Shown piece after piece: positions 9,178-18,705 of a stretch of DNA of 64,000 nucleotides. Numbering within the stretch: position 1 is the stretch's first letter; the number at the start of each line of letters is the position of its first letter. A model generated the notes under the pieces. It searched no databases. It was not told the origin of the DNA and saw nothing but the letters and a program-made list of their open reading frames with translations. A program made the position numbers and the translations under genes. Location of the stretch: positions 1,470 to 65,469 of the forward strand of contig JAWXTT010000001.1 in assembly GCA_044433325.1 (NCBI GenBank), written 5' to 3'. The stretch comes from Bacteroidales bacterium (GTDB taxonomy: Bacteria; Bacteroidota; Bacteroidia; Bacteroidales; Muribaculaceae).

Positions 9178-10359
9178 ATGAATAATTATACAGTTAACCC
9201 AAATGGATACTATGGGGATTTTGGCGGAGCATTTATCCCTGAAATTCTACATAAATGCGTAAGTGATTTAAAGGATAGCTATCTGGATATTATCAATAGT
9301 GAAGATTTCCAAAAGGAGTATCAACAGCTACTAACTGATTATGTTGGTCGCCCTTCACCACTATACCTAACTAAATCATTGAGCCGTAGATACAACGCTA
9401 AAGTTTATCTGAAACGCGAAGACCTTAACCATACAGGCGCACATAAAATCAATAATACTATTGGACAAATACTTATTGCTAAGCGGATGGGTAAGAGCAA
9501 AATTATTGCTGAGACAGGAGCAGGACAACATGGTGTAGCAACTGCAACAGTATGTGCATTGATGGATATGGAGTGTATCGTTTATATGGGTAAGACTGAT
9601 GTTGAGCGTCAATTGATGAATGTAAAGCGTATTGAGATGCTCGGAGCTAAAGTTATTCCCGTAACATCTGGAAATATGACATTAAAGGATGCAACTAACG
9701 AGGCTATCCGTCACTGGTGTTGTCACCCTACTGATACATTTTATATTATTGGCTCAACAGTAGGACCACACCCCTACCCTGATATGGTAGCTAAACTTCA
9801 ATCTGTTATTAGTTCTGAAATTAAGGAGCAATTAATGGTAAAGGAGGGTCGTGATTACCCTGATAAATTAATAGCGTGTGTTGGTGGTGGCAGTAATGCT
9901 GCTGGTACAATTTATCATTACTTAGATAGCAAAGAGGTTGATATATATCTAGCGGAAGCAGCTGGTAAAGGGGTTGATACTGATGAGAGTGCTGCAACTA
10001 TCCACTTAGGTTCAGAGGGTATTATACATGGTTCACGCACTCTACTTATGCAGGATGAGGATGGACAGATTATTGAGCCATACTCAATCTCGGCAGGGTT
10101 AGATTACCCAGGGGTAGGACCACTGCACGCATACCTATCAGCCGTTGGTCGCGCTAATGTATTGGCAGTAACTGACGATGAAGCGGTTAAGGCGGCTATG
10201 CAGCTTACTCGTGAGGAGGGAATTATCCCAGCCCTTGAGAGCGCGCATGCCTTAGGTGCATTAGAGAAGATAGATATTAAAGCTAATGAAGTGGTAGTAT
10301 TAACACTTTCAGGACGTGGAGATAAGGATATGGACACATACCTTAACTACAAACTTTAA
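9178..10359 (+). CDS. trpB: Tryptophan synthase beta chain
   Basis: Translation carries the PLP-lysine region LKREDLNHTGAHKINN and GGGSNAAG. Full length, 393 aa. Confidence 0.95.
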   Translation: MNNYTVNPNGYYGDFGGAFIPEILHKCVSDLKDSYLDIINSEDFQKEYQQLLTDYVGRPSPLYLTKSLSRRYNAKVYLKREDLNHTGAHKINNTIGQILIAKRMGKSKIIAETGAGQHGVATATVCALMDMECIVYMGKTDVERQLMNVKRIEMLGAKVIPVTSGNMTLKDATNEAIRHWCCHPTDTFYIIGSTVGPHPYPDMVAKLQSVISSEIKEQLMVKEGRDYPDKLIACVGGGSNAAGTIYHYLDSKEVDIYLAEAAGKGVDTDESAATIHLGSEGIIHGSRTLLMQDEDGQIIEPYSISAGLDYPGVGPLHAYLSAVGRANVLAVTDDEAVKAAMQLTREEGIIPALESAHALGALEKIDIKANEVVVLTLSGRGDKDMDTYLNYKL

Positions 10360-10370
10360 AATATACAGAT

Positions 10371-11774
10371 ATGGAAAAGAGAATTTACACAACCAATATC
10401 GAGGAGATACTAAGTGATATGCACACACCTGTTAGTATATATCTAAAGGTACGTGACTTATATCCACAATCAGCACTTCTTGAGAGTTCAGATTATCACA
10501 CAGCAGATAACAGTCGTTCATTTATTGCATTAGCACCGATTGCTAAGTTTTCGGTTAATCACGCTATATGCACTACTGAGATTATTGGTGAGTCTAAACA
10601 GGACACACCACTTAATGAGAGTAATAGCGTTGAGAGTGAAATGAACCTATTTATGGAGAAATTCCAAATCAAAGGTGATAAATCTGAATCAGTAGGAGTA
10701 TTTGGTTACACCGCCTTTGATGCTATCAGATATTTTGAGAACATTCCTGTTATGGAGGCTCATGACGAGGATAACGATGCTCCTGATATTATGTATATCT
10801 TATATAAATATATTATTGAGATAGACCATTTCAGAAATAAGCTAACCATTATTGAGCTATTGGAGGATGGTGAATCCTCTAAAATCAATGATATTAAGAG
10901 TGCGGTAGGTAATCGTAACTACTCATCATATCAATTCAGTTCAATAAATAGTGAGAAATCACCTATCACTGATGAACAATATATGGAGATGGTTAAGCAG
11001 GGGATTGCACATTGCCAACGTGGCAACACATTCCAGATAGTGTTAAGTCGCCGCTTTGAACAATCATACCAAGGGGATGACTTCCAAGTCTATCGCGCAT
11101 TACGTAGTATCAATCCATCACCCTATCTATTCTATTTTGATTTCGGTGGGTTCCGTATCTTCGGTTCATCACCTGAAACACATTGCAGAGTGGATAATGG
11201 CTACGCATATATCGATCCAATAGCAGGAACAGCTTTCCGTAGCGGAGATGCTGCAACAGATAAGAGATTAACTGAAGAGTTACTTAATGACCCTAAAGAG
11301 AATGCTGAACATGTAATGTTGGTTGACTTAGCGCGTAATGATTTAAGTCGCAACGCAACAGGTGTTGAGGTTGAATTTTATAAACAGGTACAGAGTTATA
11401 GTCATGTGATACACCTTGTTTCACGTGTTAGGGGTCGTGTTGATAGTGATAGTAATAGCATCAAAACCTATGTTGACACATTCCCAGCAGGTACTCTTAG
11501 TGGTGCGCCAAAGGTTAAAGCTATGCAACTTATTACTGAAATTGAAGCACATAATAGAGGTATCTATGGTGGTTGTATCGGTTTCGTAGGGTTTAATGGA
11601 GCATTGAATCAAGCTATTGTTATCCGTACTTTCGTTAGTCGCTCTAACACTCTTTACTATCAAGCAGGTGCTGGTATCGTTGTAAAGAGTAATCCTGAAC
11701 GAGAACTAGAAGAGGTTAACCGCAAATTGGGAGCATTAAAAAAAGCAGTCATTGAAGCAGAAAAAATACAATAA
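10371..11774 (+). CDS. trpE: Anthranilate synthase component I
   Basis: 467 aa with chorismate-binding signatures: NPSPYLFYFDFGGF, GTLSGAPKVKAMQLI, GIYGGCIGF. Confidence 0.93.
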   Translation: MEKRIYTTNIEEILSDMHTPVSIYLKVRDLYPQSALLESSDYHTADNSRSFIALAPIAKFSVNHAICTTEIIGESKQDTPLNESNSVESEMNLFMEKFQIKGDKSESVGVFGYTAFDAIRYFENIPVMEAHDEDNDAPDIMYILYKYIIEIDHFRNKLTIIELLEDGESSKINDIKSAVGNRNYSSYQFSSINSEKSPITDEQYMEMVKQGIAHCQRGNTFQIVLSRRFEQSYQGDDFQVYRALRSINPSPYLFYFDFGGFRIFGSSPETHCRVDNGYAYIDPIAGTAFRSGDAATDKRLTEELLNDPKENAEHVMLVDLARNDLSRNATGVEVEFYKQVQSYSHVIHLVSRVRGRVDSDSNSIKTYVDTFPAGTLSGAPKVKAMQLITEIEAHNRGIYGGCIGFVGFNGALNQAIVIRTFVSRSNTLYYQAGAGIVVKSNPERELEEVNRKLGALKKAVIEAEKIQ

Positions 11775-11775
11775 T

Positions 11776-12342
11776 ATGAAGGTATTAATTATAGATAACT
11801 ACGATTCATTTACATATAACCTATCTCACTTACTAAAGGAGCTAGGGGCTGAGGTAACTGTGGTACGTAACGATGTAGTGGATTTAGATAGTATTGAGAA
11901 TTTTGACAAGATAGTCCTTTCACCAGGACCTGGTATTCCTAGTGAAGCGGGCAAATTATTGGAGGTGATTGAACGTTTTGCCCCAACTAAAAGCATCTTA
12001 GGTGTGTGCCTAGGGATGCAGGCTATTGGTGAAGTATTTGGAGGTGAACTAGAGAATCTTTCAGAGGTATATCATGGGATAGCTAGCGAGATTGATATTA
12101 TTGCTGATGACAGCATCTATAATGGTATAGATAAAAGTATCACCGTGGGACGTTATCACTCATGGGTGGTAGCAGATAATAACTTTCCTGAATCACTGAT
12201 AGTAACTGCACGTGGCAAGGGGACAAATGATATTATGAGTGTTCGCCATCGTGAATATGATGTAACAGGAGTACAATATCACCCAGAATCGGTATTAACT
12301 CCAATGGGTAAAGAGATAATCAACAATTGGTTAAACAAATAA
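11776..12342 (+). CDS. trpG: Anthranilate synthase component II (glutamine amidotransferase)
   Basis: MKVLIIDNYDSFTYNL, GVCLGMQAIG (catalytic Cys) and YHPES. I chose the ATG at 11776, one base after the trpE stop, instead of the listed 11752, which overlaps trpE. Confidence 0.9.
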   Translation: MKVLIIDNYDSFTYNLSHLLKELGAEVTVVRNDVVDLDSIENFDKIVLSPGPGIPSEAGKLLEVIERFAPTKSILGVCLGMQAIGEVFGGELENLSEVYHGIASEIDIIADDSIYNGIDKSITVGRYHSWVVADNNFPESLIVTARGKGTNDIMSVRHREYDVTGVQYHPESVLTPMGKEIINNWLNK

Positions 12343-12354
12343 CAAGATACACTG

Positions 12355-13353
12355 ATGAATAAGATATTAAACAAACTATTTGACTACCAAGACTTGACTA
12401 AAGAGGAGTCAAATCAGTTATTACACAGAATAGCACAAGGGGAATTTAATGATGTTCAGATTTCTAGTTTAATCACAGTATATCTGATGCGTAATATCTC
12501 TATTGATGAGATTGTAGGTTTCCGCACTGCACTAATGGAGTTGCGCATCCCTATTGACTTATCAGATTATAAGACTATTGATATTGTAGGTACTGGTGGT
12601 GATGGCAAGGATACATTTAATGTAAGTACATGTTCAGGATTTGTCGTTGCAGGTGCTGGTCACCATGTCGTTAAGCATGGTAATTATGGTGCAACATCTA
12701 CTAGTGGTGCTAGTAATGTTATGGAGCAACATGGAGTAGTCTTTACACGTGACAATGACAAACTAAAGAAATCACTAGATAAGTCTAACTTTGCCTATCT
12801 GCATGCGCCACTATTCAACCCTGCATTGCGTGAAGTTGCTTCGGCTCGTAAAGCTTTGGCTGTACGTAGCTTCTTCAATATATTAGGTCCATTGGTTAAC
12901 CCTGCTGAACCTAACAGTCAACTGCTAGGGGTTTATAGCTTACCTATGCAACGTCTATATAGCTATATTTATCAGGAGTTCGGCACTGAATACTCGGTTG
13001 TACACTCATTAGATGGTTATGATGAGATTTCGTTAACCTCTGATTTCAAGGTAATGAAAGCTGATAACGAGAAGATATTTACTCCTGAAGAGCTAGGATT
13101 TAAACGTTGTCAAGAGTGTGACCTTTATGGTGGGGGTAGTGTTGAGGAGGCAGCTAAGATTTTTGATAATATCTTAAATAATCGTGCAACCGAAGCTCAA
13201 AAATCAGCAGTAATAGTAAATGCAGGATTTGCCATTAAAACTATTGCACCTGAAAAGCCTTTGGATGTAGCTATCAATGATGCTCGCTACTCATTAGAGA
13301 GAGGTAAGGCGTTAGAAGCATTTAATAAATTTATTGTAGCAAACAGAAAATAA
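12355..13353 (+). CDS. trpD: Anthranilate phosphoribosyltransferase
   Basis: DIVGTGGDGKDTFNVST and KHGNYGATSTSGASNV motifs. Confidence 0.93.
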   Translation: MNKILNKLFDYQDLTKEESNQLLHRIAQGEFNDVQISSLITVYLMRNISIDEIVGFRTALMELRIPIDLSDYKTIDIVGTGGDGKDTFNVSTCSGFVVAGAGHHVVKHGNYGATSTSGASNVMEQHGVVFTRDNDKLKKSLDKSNFAYLHAPLFNPALREVASARKALAVRSFFNILGPLVNPAEPNSQLLGVYSLPMQRLYSYIYQEFGTEYSVVHSLDGYDEISLTSDFKVMKADNEKIFTPEELGFKRCQECDLYGGGSVEEAAKIFDNILNNRATEAQKSAVIVNAGFAIKTIAPEKPLDVAINDARYSLERGKALEAFNKFIVANRK

Positions 13354-13354
13354 T

Positions 13355-14161
13355 ATGGAAAGAATACTTAGAGAGATAGTAGCTAATAAGCAGGAGGAGC
13401 TAAAGGTCGAGAAGGTTGACCAACCTATCGTTGACTTACTATTGAAACTTACCGATCATAAATACACACATTATTCAATGCGTGATGCACTACAATCATC
13501 ACCAACAGGGATAATTGCTGAGTTTAAACGTGCTAGCCCATCATGTGGTTGGATTAAGGAGGGTGCTAAGATTTCAGATATTATACCAGCTTATCAAGAG
13601 GCAGGAGCGGCAGCATGTTCAATATTAACAGATAACTACTACTTCGGTGGTTCATTAGATGATATTGTCGAGGCGCGTAAACTATGTACAATGCCTATCC
13701 TACGCAAAGAGTTTGTAGTTAATGAATATCAGATTTACCAAGCATACCTATCAGGGGCAAACGCGATTCTACTAATTGCCTCGTGTTTAGACAAATATAA
13801 ATGTATCGCACTAGGACAACTAGCTCAATCAATGGGCTTAGAGGTTCTACTTGAGGTACATAACGAGGGGGAACTTGACTATCTTAATGATTATGTTGAT
13901 ATCCTAGGTGTTAATAATCGTAACTTGAATAAGATGATTACAGATGTTCAAACATCTTTCCGCCTAGCTGAATTAATGCAGCAACGTAGTAAGGAGATGG
14001 AACGACCTCCAGTACTAATTTCAGAAAGCGGATTAAAGGATGCAGCAATAGTCAAGGAGCTTCGTTCCGCAGGCTTTGAAGGATTCCTTATGGGTGAAAC
14101 ATTTATGCGCACCGAAGACCCAGCAGCTACATTAGGCAAATTAATTAATCAACTAGTATGA
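13355..14161 (+). CDS. trpC: Indole-3-glycerol phosphate synthase
   Basis: IIAEFKRASPS, LRKEF, GVNNRNL. Overlaps trpF by 4 nt. Confidence 0.92.
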   Translation: MERILREIVANKQEELKVEKVDQPIVDLLLKLTDHKYTHYSMRDALQSSPTGIIAEFKRASPSCGWIKEGAKISDIIPAYQEAGAAACSILTDNYYFGGSLDDIVEARKLCTMPILRKEFVVNEYQIYQAYLSGANAILLIASCLDKYKCIALGQLAQSMGLEVLLEVHNEGELDYLNDYVDILGVNNRNLNKMITDVQTSFRLAELMQQRSKEMERPPVLISESGLKDAAIVKELRSAGFEGFLMGETFMRTEDPAATLGKLINQLV

Positions 14162-14766
14162 TAATTAAAGTATGCGGACTTCGCAATTCTGAAAATATCC
14201 AATCCATTGCCAATATGGATATAGATATGTTAGGGTTTATATTCTATCCACCATCTAAACGCTACGTTGGTGATAACATATTGCCCATAACTACTAATCG
14301 TGAACGAGTTGGAGTGTTTGTAAATCAGAGCATTGAGGATGTTACCCAAATGGTAAATAAGCACTCACTAACTGCTATACAGCTGCACGGGACAGAAACA
14401 GCAGAAGAGTGTATTGCTATTAAGCAACTAGGAGTTAAACTATTTAAAGCAATATCCATAGCTAACGCCTCAGACCTAGAGCTAACTGCTAAATATGAAT
14501 CAATAGCAGATTTATTTATCTTTGACACCAAATGTGAAGGTTATGGAGGTTCAGGAATAACTTTTGATTGGGAAATATTGTCAGAATATAAAGGAGAAAC
14601 ACCCTATCTGCTAAGTGGCGGAATTTCACCCGATGATGCAACCAGAATTAGCAAGATTAAAGATATACGCATGTTAGGCGTTGACCTAAATAGCCGCTTT
14701 GAAATAACAGCAGGAGAGAAAAACTTAGAAAAATTATCAAAATTCATAACTGAATTAAAATCATAA
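14158..14766 (+). CDS. trpF: Phosphoribosylanthranilate isomerase
   Basis: MIIKVCGLRN, QLHG and GGSGITFDW motifs, plus operon position. Confidence 0.9.
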   Translation: MIIKVCGLRNSENIQSIANMDIDMLGFIFYPPSKRYVGDNILPITTNRERVGVFVNQSIEDVTQMVNKHSLTAIQLHGTETAEECIAIKQLGVKLFKAISIANASDLELTAKYESIADLFIFDTKCEGYGGSGITFDWEILSEYKGETPYLLSGGISPDDATRISKIKDIRMLGVDLNSRFEITAGEKNLEKLSKFITELKS

Positions 14767-14770
14767 AACA

Positions 14771-15556
14771 ATGGAACTAAAAGATAACAATATAGATAAA
14801 CTATTTACAGAGATAGATAGCAATATCCTATCGGTATATTATCCAGCTGGATTTCCTAAGCTAGATAGCACAATGGAGGTACTTACTAAACTACAAAATG
14901 CAGGAGCTAACATGGTAGAGCTAGGGATTCCATTCTCAGACCCAATGGCTGATGGTGTTGTAATCCAAGAGGCTGCAAATAGAGCATTATGCAATGGTAT
15001 GTCGCTAAAATTACTATTTGAACAGATAGCTGATATGCGCGCTACCATTACCATCCCTGTAATTTTGATGGGATATATCAATCCAATTATGAAATTCGGA
15101 TTTGAGAACTTTTGCCGTAAATCAGCTGAAACAGGAGTAGATGGAGTAATTATCCCTGATATGCCATTTGAAGTTTATGAAACAGAGTATAAAGAGATAG
15201 CTAACAAATATGGTATCAAAGTAATAATGTTAATCACACCTGAAACATCTGATGCACGCATAGCTAAGATTGATGCAGCCACTAGCGGATTTATATATAT
15301 GGTATCAAGCGCATCAACAACAGGAGCAAAAAATGAGTTTGATCCTGCAACCATAGCATATTTCCAACGCATAGCAGCAATGAAACTGAGCAATAAACGC
15401 CTAATTGGGTTCGGTATATCTAACGTCAGCACATTCAATGCAGCATGCAACAACGCCAATGGAGCAATTATAGGTAGCCAATTCGTTAAACTACTAGCTA
15501 ACTCAGACACAATAGACACAGCAATCGCCACACTAAAGAGCAATATCGGAGTCTAA
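14771..15556 (+). CDS. trpA: Tryptophan synthase alpha chain
   Basis: VELGIPFSDPMADGVVIQ and GFGIS motifs. Last gene of the operon. Confidence 0.93.
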   Translation: MELKDNNIDKLFTEIDSNILSVYYPAGFPKLDSTMEVLTKLQNAGANMVELGIPFSDPMADGVVIQEAANRALCNGMSLKLLFEQIADMRATITIPVILMGYINPIMKFGFENFCRKSAETGVDGVIIPDMPFEVYETEYKEIANKYGIKVIMLITPETSDARIAKIDAATSGFIYMVSSASTTGAKNEFDPATIAYFQRIAAMKLSNKRLIGFGISNVSTFNAACNNANGAIIGSQFVKLLANSDTIDTAIATLKSNIGV

Positions 15557-15608
15557 ACACCCTTTGAAAGTTTAGAATACACTCTAAACTTTTAAATAAT
15601 CGCCTAAA

Positions 15609-15675
15609 GTTTTGGTTGTACTCTAAACTTCCACTCAAATTATGAAAAGTTTAGAGTACAACCAAAACATTTTTT
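15609..15675 (+). terminator. Intrinsic terminator after trpA (very long stem)
   Basis: A perfect 22-bp stem (15609-15630 pairs with 15647-15668), a 16-nt loop, then A and T6 at 15670-15675. Confidence 0.75.
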
Positions 15676-15687
15676 ATAAGTCAAAAT

Positions 15688-15960
15688 TTAATTCATCTCT
15701 GGATCTGAGCGACGAACACCAAAACCTGTATGCACATTAGCAATTTCGGTCTTCGTCACCTGCTAATTACCACTGAGGAGATTCCACCTCAGCCAGGCTG
15801 TACAAAATCACCCACATTAGCTTCAACTACATTCTTTGCAGTAGTCATCCATTCCAACGCATTGATGTGACAATAACTTGTGGAAACTCAATCATATTAT
15901 CCTCATCTATGCCTACTATATAGCTCTGACGATGATGAACTAACCAACCCTACAACATAT
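15688..15960 (-). pseudogene. Decayed coding remnant of unknown family
   Basis: Minus-strand translation gives protein-like stretches in shifting frames (VHHRQSYIVGIDEDNMIEFPQVIVTSMRWNG / TTAKNVVEANVGDFVQPG / QVTKTEIANVHTGFGVRRSDPEMN-stop at 15688-15690), broken by stops. The track has no ORF of 60 aa or more here. Confidence 0.3.
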
Positions 15961-16078
15961 CTTTTTACCTCAAATTTTACTTAAAACACAAATATAACAC
16001 ACAAAAACAAATCCTACAATTACCCAAAATTGTCATTTTAAGTATCAGATAAAATATAATAACTTTGATCAAAAAAAC

Positions 16079-17281
16079 ATGACAAGTTTAAAGGTGAAAT
16101 TTAGGCCATCTACAATAGAAGGGAAAGAGGGAATCATATACTATCAAATTATTCATAACAGAGTGATAAGACAACTTAGAACTACTTATAAAATTTTCTC
16201 AGAAGAGTGGGACGATCTCTTATCACAGGTTGTTTTATCAATATATCGAGAGGATAGAACTTCACATATCTTAACCATTAAAGAGAGTATCAAAATGGAT
16301 CTAAAAAGATTGTCTAAAATAATAGAATTATTGAATAATGCAGGTACATATACTTGTGAGGATGTTATTTCTGCATTTGAGATGTCAATAAAAGGAGAAA
16401 TGCTCTTTAATTATATGCAGAAAATGGTAAACCGATTGATACAACTTCGCAAATATAGGACATCAGAAACATATAAAACTACTCTTAATAGTTTTATTCG
16501 GTTTAGAAAAGGGGAAAATATTATGATTACAGATATTTCCTCAGATTTAATAATGGATTATGAAGCCTATCTAAAAGGAGAAGGATTAACTATGAACACA
16601 GTCTCATTCTATATGCGGATACTTAGAGCCGTATATAATCGAGCCGCGGAGGACGATTTAGTTGAACAAAAATTCCCTTTTAAAAAGGTATATACAGGGG
16701 TGGATAAGACTATTAAACGAGCGCTTCCTCTTAAAGATATAAAGCGGATTAAAGAATTAGATTTATCACTTGCACCAGAATTAATATTTGCACGTGACAT
16801 GTTTCTATTTAGTTTCTATACACGTGGCATGTCATTTGTTGATATGGCATATCTTCAAAAAAAGGACTTAGTAAATGGAGTTATAACATATCGTAGGCGG
16901 AAAACTGGACAACTTCTACATATCAAATGGGAATGTTGTATGCAAAAAATTTTAAATCTTTATCCTCCATTAGAAACCAAATACTTATTGCCAATAATCC
17001 GAGATAAGGATAAAAATGACCGAGCACAATATATAAACGCACTAAACAAGGTTAATAATAAACTAAAAAAGATTGGAGAAATGATAGGACTTACAATGCC
17101 ATTAACCCAATATGTTGCACGACATTCTTGGGCATCAGTTGCTAAGAGCAAACACATACCTATCGCTGTAATTTCAGAAGGGATGGGACACGATTCAGAG
17201 ACAACTACTCAAATATACTTAGCTTCACTTGACACATCAATTGTTGACAAAGCTAATAATTTAATCCTCAAGTCGCTCTAA
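16079..17281 (+). CDS. Tyrosine site-specific recombinase (Bacteroides-type integrase with N-terminal Arm DNA-binding domain)
   Basis: N-terminus KVKFRPSTIEGKEGIIYYQIIHNR is typical of Bacteroidetes integrases. The C-terminal catalytic region has ARHSWAS and GHDSETTTQIYL (nucleophile Tyr). Confidence 0.85.
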   Translation: MTSLKVKFRPSTIEGKEGIIYYQIIHNRVIRQLRTTYKIFSEEWDDLLSQVVLSIYREDRTSHILTIKESIKMDLKRLSKIIELLNNAGTYTCEDVISAFEMSIKGEMLFNYMQKMVNRLIQLRKYRTSETYKTTLNSFIRFRKGENIMITDISSDLIMDYEAYLKGEGLTMNTVSFYMRILRAVYNRAAEDDLVEQKFPFKKVYTGVDKTIKRALPLKDIKRIKELDLSLAPELIFARDMFLFSFYTRGMSFVDMAYLQKKDLVNGVITYRRRKTGQLLHIKWECCMQKILNLYPPLETKYLLPIIRDKDKNDRAQYINALNKVNNKLKKIGEMIGLTMPLTQYVARHSWASVAKSKHIPIAVISEGMGHDSETTTQIYLASLDTSIVDKANNLILKSL

Positions 17282-17305
17282 ATAGTCCTATTCTGTTTTT
17301 TTAAC

Positions 17306-17328
17306 ATCTCTATCCAAGAGATAATTTT
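17306..17328. repeat. Inverted repeat, left arm (ATCTCTATCCAAGAGATAATTTT)
   Basis: Exact reverse complement of 17472-17494. It contains an internal dyad, ATCTC...GAGAT. Confidence 0.9.
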
Positions 17329-17334
17329 ATAATA

Positions 17335-17366
17335 CAAAATTACGGAATATATTATAATATAACAAA
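17335..17366 (-). promoter_or_regulatory. Bacteroides-type promoter inside the invertible core, currently facing the recombinase gene (OFF for the operon)
   Basis: The minus strand reads TTTG-(20 nt)-TAATTTTG (plus-strand CAAA at 17363-17366, CAAAATTA at 17335-17342). After inversion it would map to about 17434-17465 on the plus strand, roughly 70 nt upstream of the ATG at 17537. Confidence 0.6.
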
Positions 17367-17471
17367 TAATCGTAAAAATTATTTTTACACTAACTCTACA
17401 TGTCACATTAAGTTTAGTAAAAAAAATATATAAAATGGCTTTTAACTGCATTTTAAGCGTGATTATTGTTG

Positions 17472-17494
17472 AAAATTATCTCTTGGATAGAGAT
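17472..17494. repeat. Inverted repeat, right arm (AAAATTATCTCTTGGATAGAGAT)
   Basis: Exact reverse complement of 17306-17328. Confidence 0.9.
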
Positions 17495-17536
17495 AATAAC
17501 ACATTTAAATAAATTTATTTAATAACCACAACTAAT

Positions 17537-18670
17537 ATGATACAAAAACCAAAGACAACACGAATTATAGCATTGATGCTAACATATTCTTGTAATCTAA
17601 ACTGTGTGTATTGTTTTGAAAAGCACAAATCAAATGATCCTTCGAAACGTATGACATTTGAAATTGCCAGAGAAATAATAGAAAAAGAGTTCTCGGCATT
17701 TCAAGAATCAGGAGATAAAGGGTCACTAAAAGTTGACTTCTTCGGAGGTGAACCACTTCTTAATTTTGGACTTATTAAAAGACTGGCAGAATGGATTTGG
17801 GAACAAGATTTTAAAATAAACTATGTACTATCAGTAACGACAAACGGCTCATTACTCAATGACAACATGAAAGAATGGTTCACTGAACATAAAGAACATT
17901 TTAGATTAATACTGTCAGTAGATGGAAATGAGCATATGCAAATGAACAATAGAGGGTGTAGCCAAGAAGCTCTTCCTATTGATTTCGTAAGACAAACTTG
18001 GCCAGACCTATATCTTAAGATGACAATGGGACGTGATTCCTTACCTACTTTTGCGGATGGTTTAATATACCTTTGTGAAAAGGGTTATAATGTATCTGGA
18101 AGTATTGCTATTGGTGAAAAATGGACACATGATGACGCTATGATATATAAGGAGCAACTTGAAAAAATAGCTGATTATTATCTATCACATCCAAATGTCA
18201 CACCAACTCACCTTTTTAACAGAATCTGGGGTGAGATGCTAAATCCTGTATATGAAACTGAGTTACCTCCAAAAAATTGTGGGACAGGGACTACAATGGC
18301 TGCATACGATGTTGATGGATATCCATATCCTTGCCACTTATTTCTTCCAATCGTACACGGTAAAGAGATTAGAGAAGACCTGAAAAAAATTGATTTTTTT
18401 GATAAGGAAAGGATGATTGATGAAGAATGTAGAAAATGTGGACTATTAAAAATATGTAGAACCTGCTATGGATATAACTACATTGAGAGGGGTGATGTGA
18501 ACAAGAGAGATAAATGCTTATGCGAAATGTTACTTGTAGAGGCAATTGTAATCAGCGCATTCCAAATTAATTACCTAATGCAAAGAAAAGATAGCTTGGA
18601 TTCAGAACAGTTGTTGGCACTTAAAGCAGCTATTCGCTGTTATGAGACATACAAAGATTTTAAATTCTAA
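17537..18670 (+). CDS. Radical SAM / SPASM-domain peptide maturase
   Basis: CxxxCxxC at residues 19-26 (YSCNLNCVYCFEK). The C-terminus has Cx12Gx4C (CGTGTTMAAYDVDGYPYPC), then CRKCGLLKICRTC and a later CLC, which is the SPASM auxiliary-cluster pattern. Immediately upstream of three small Cys-rich ORFs. Confidence 0.85.
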   Translation: MIQKPKTTRIIALMLTYSCNLNCVYCFEKHKSNDPSKRMTFEIAREIIEKEFSAFQESGDKGSLKVDFFGGEPLLNFGLIKRLAEWIWEQDFKINYVLSVTTNGSLLNDNMKEWFTEHKEHFRLILSVDGNEHMQMNNRGCSQEALPIDFVRQTWPDLYLKMTMGRDSLPTFADGLIYLCEKGYNVSGSIAIGEKWTHDDAMIYKEQLEKIADYYLSHPNVTPTHLFNRIWGEMLNPVYETELPPKNCGTGTTMAAYDVDGYPYPCHLFLPIVHGKEIREDLKKIDFFDKERMIDEECRKCGLLKICRTCYGYNYIERGDVNKRDKCLCEMLLVEAIVISAFQINYLMQRKDSLDSEQLLALKAAIRCYETYKDFKF

Positions 18671-18705
18671 GCTATATATTTATTAACTATTAAATTTTTA
18701 CAATT

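Larger units (their letters stand above)
17306..17494. promoter_or_regulatory. Candidate invertible promoter element (inverton) between the recombinase and the RiPP-like operon
   Basis: 23-bp perfect inverted repeats flank a 143-bp AT-rich core. The core carries a full-consensus promoter on the minus strand. Located 25 nt after the recombinase stop and 43 nt before the radical SAM ATG. Confidence 0.65.

Noticed and set aside
16079-17281. Integrase as the marker of a classical integrative/conjugative element
   Set aside because: I saw no tRNA target, no att-like direct repeats, and no mobilisation, excision or conjugation genes in the islet. The immediately adjacent inverted repeats make a local invertase role more likely. 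This remains open until the repeats are searched computationally.
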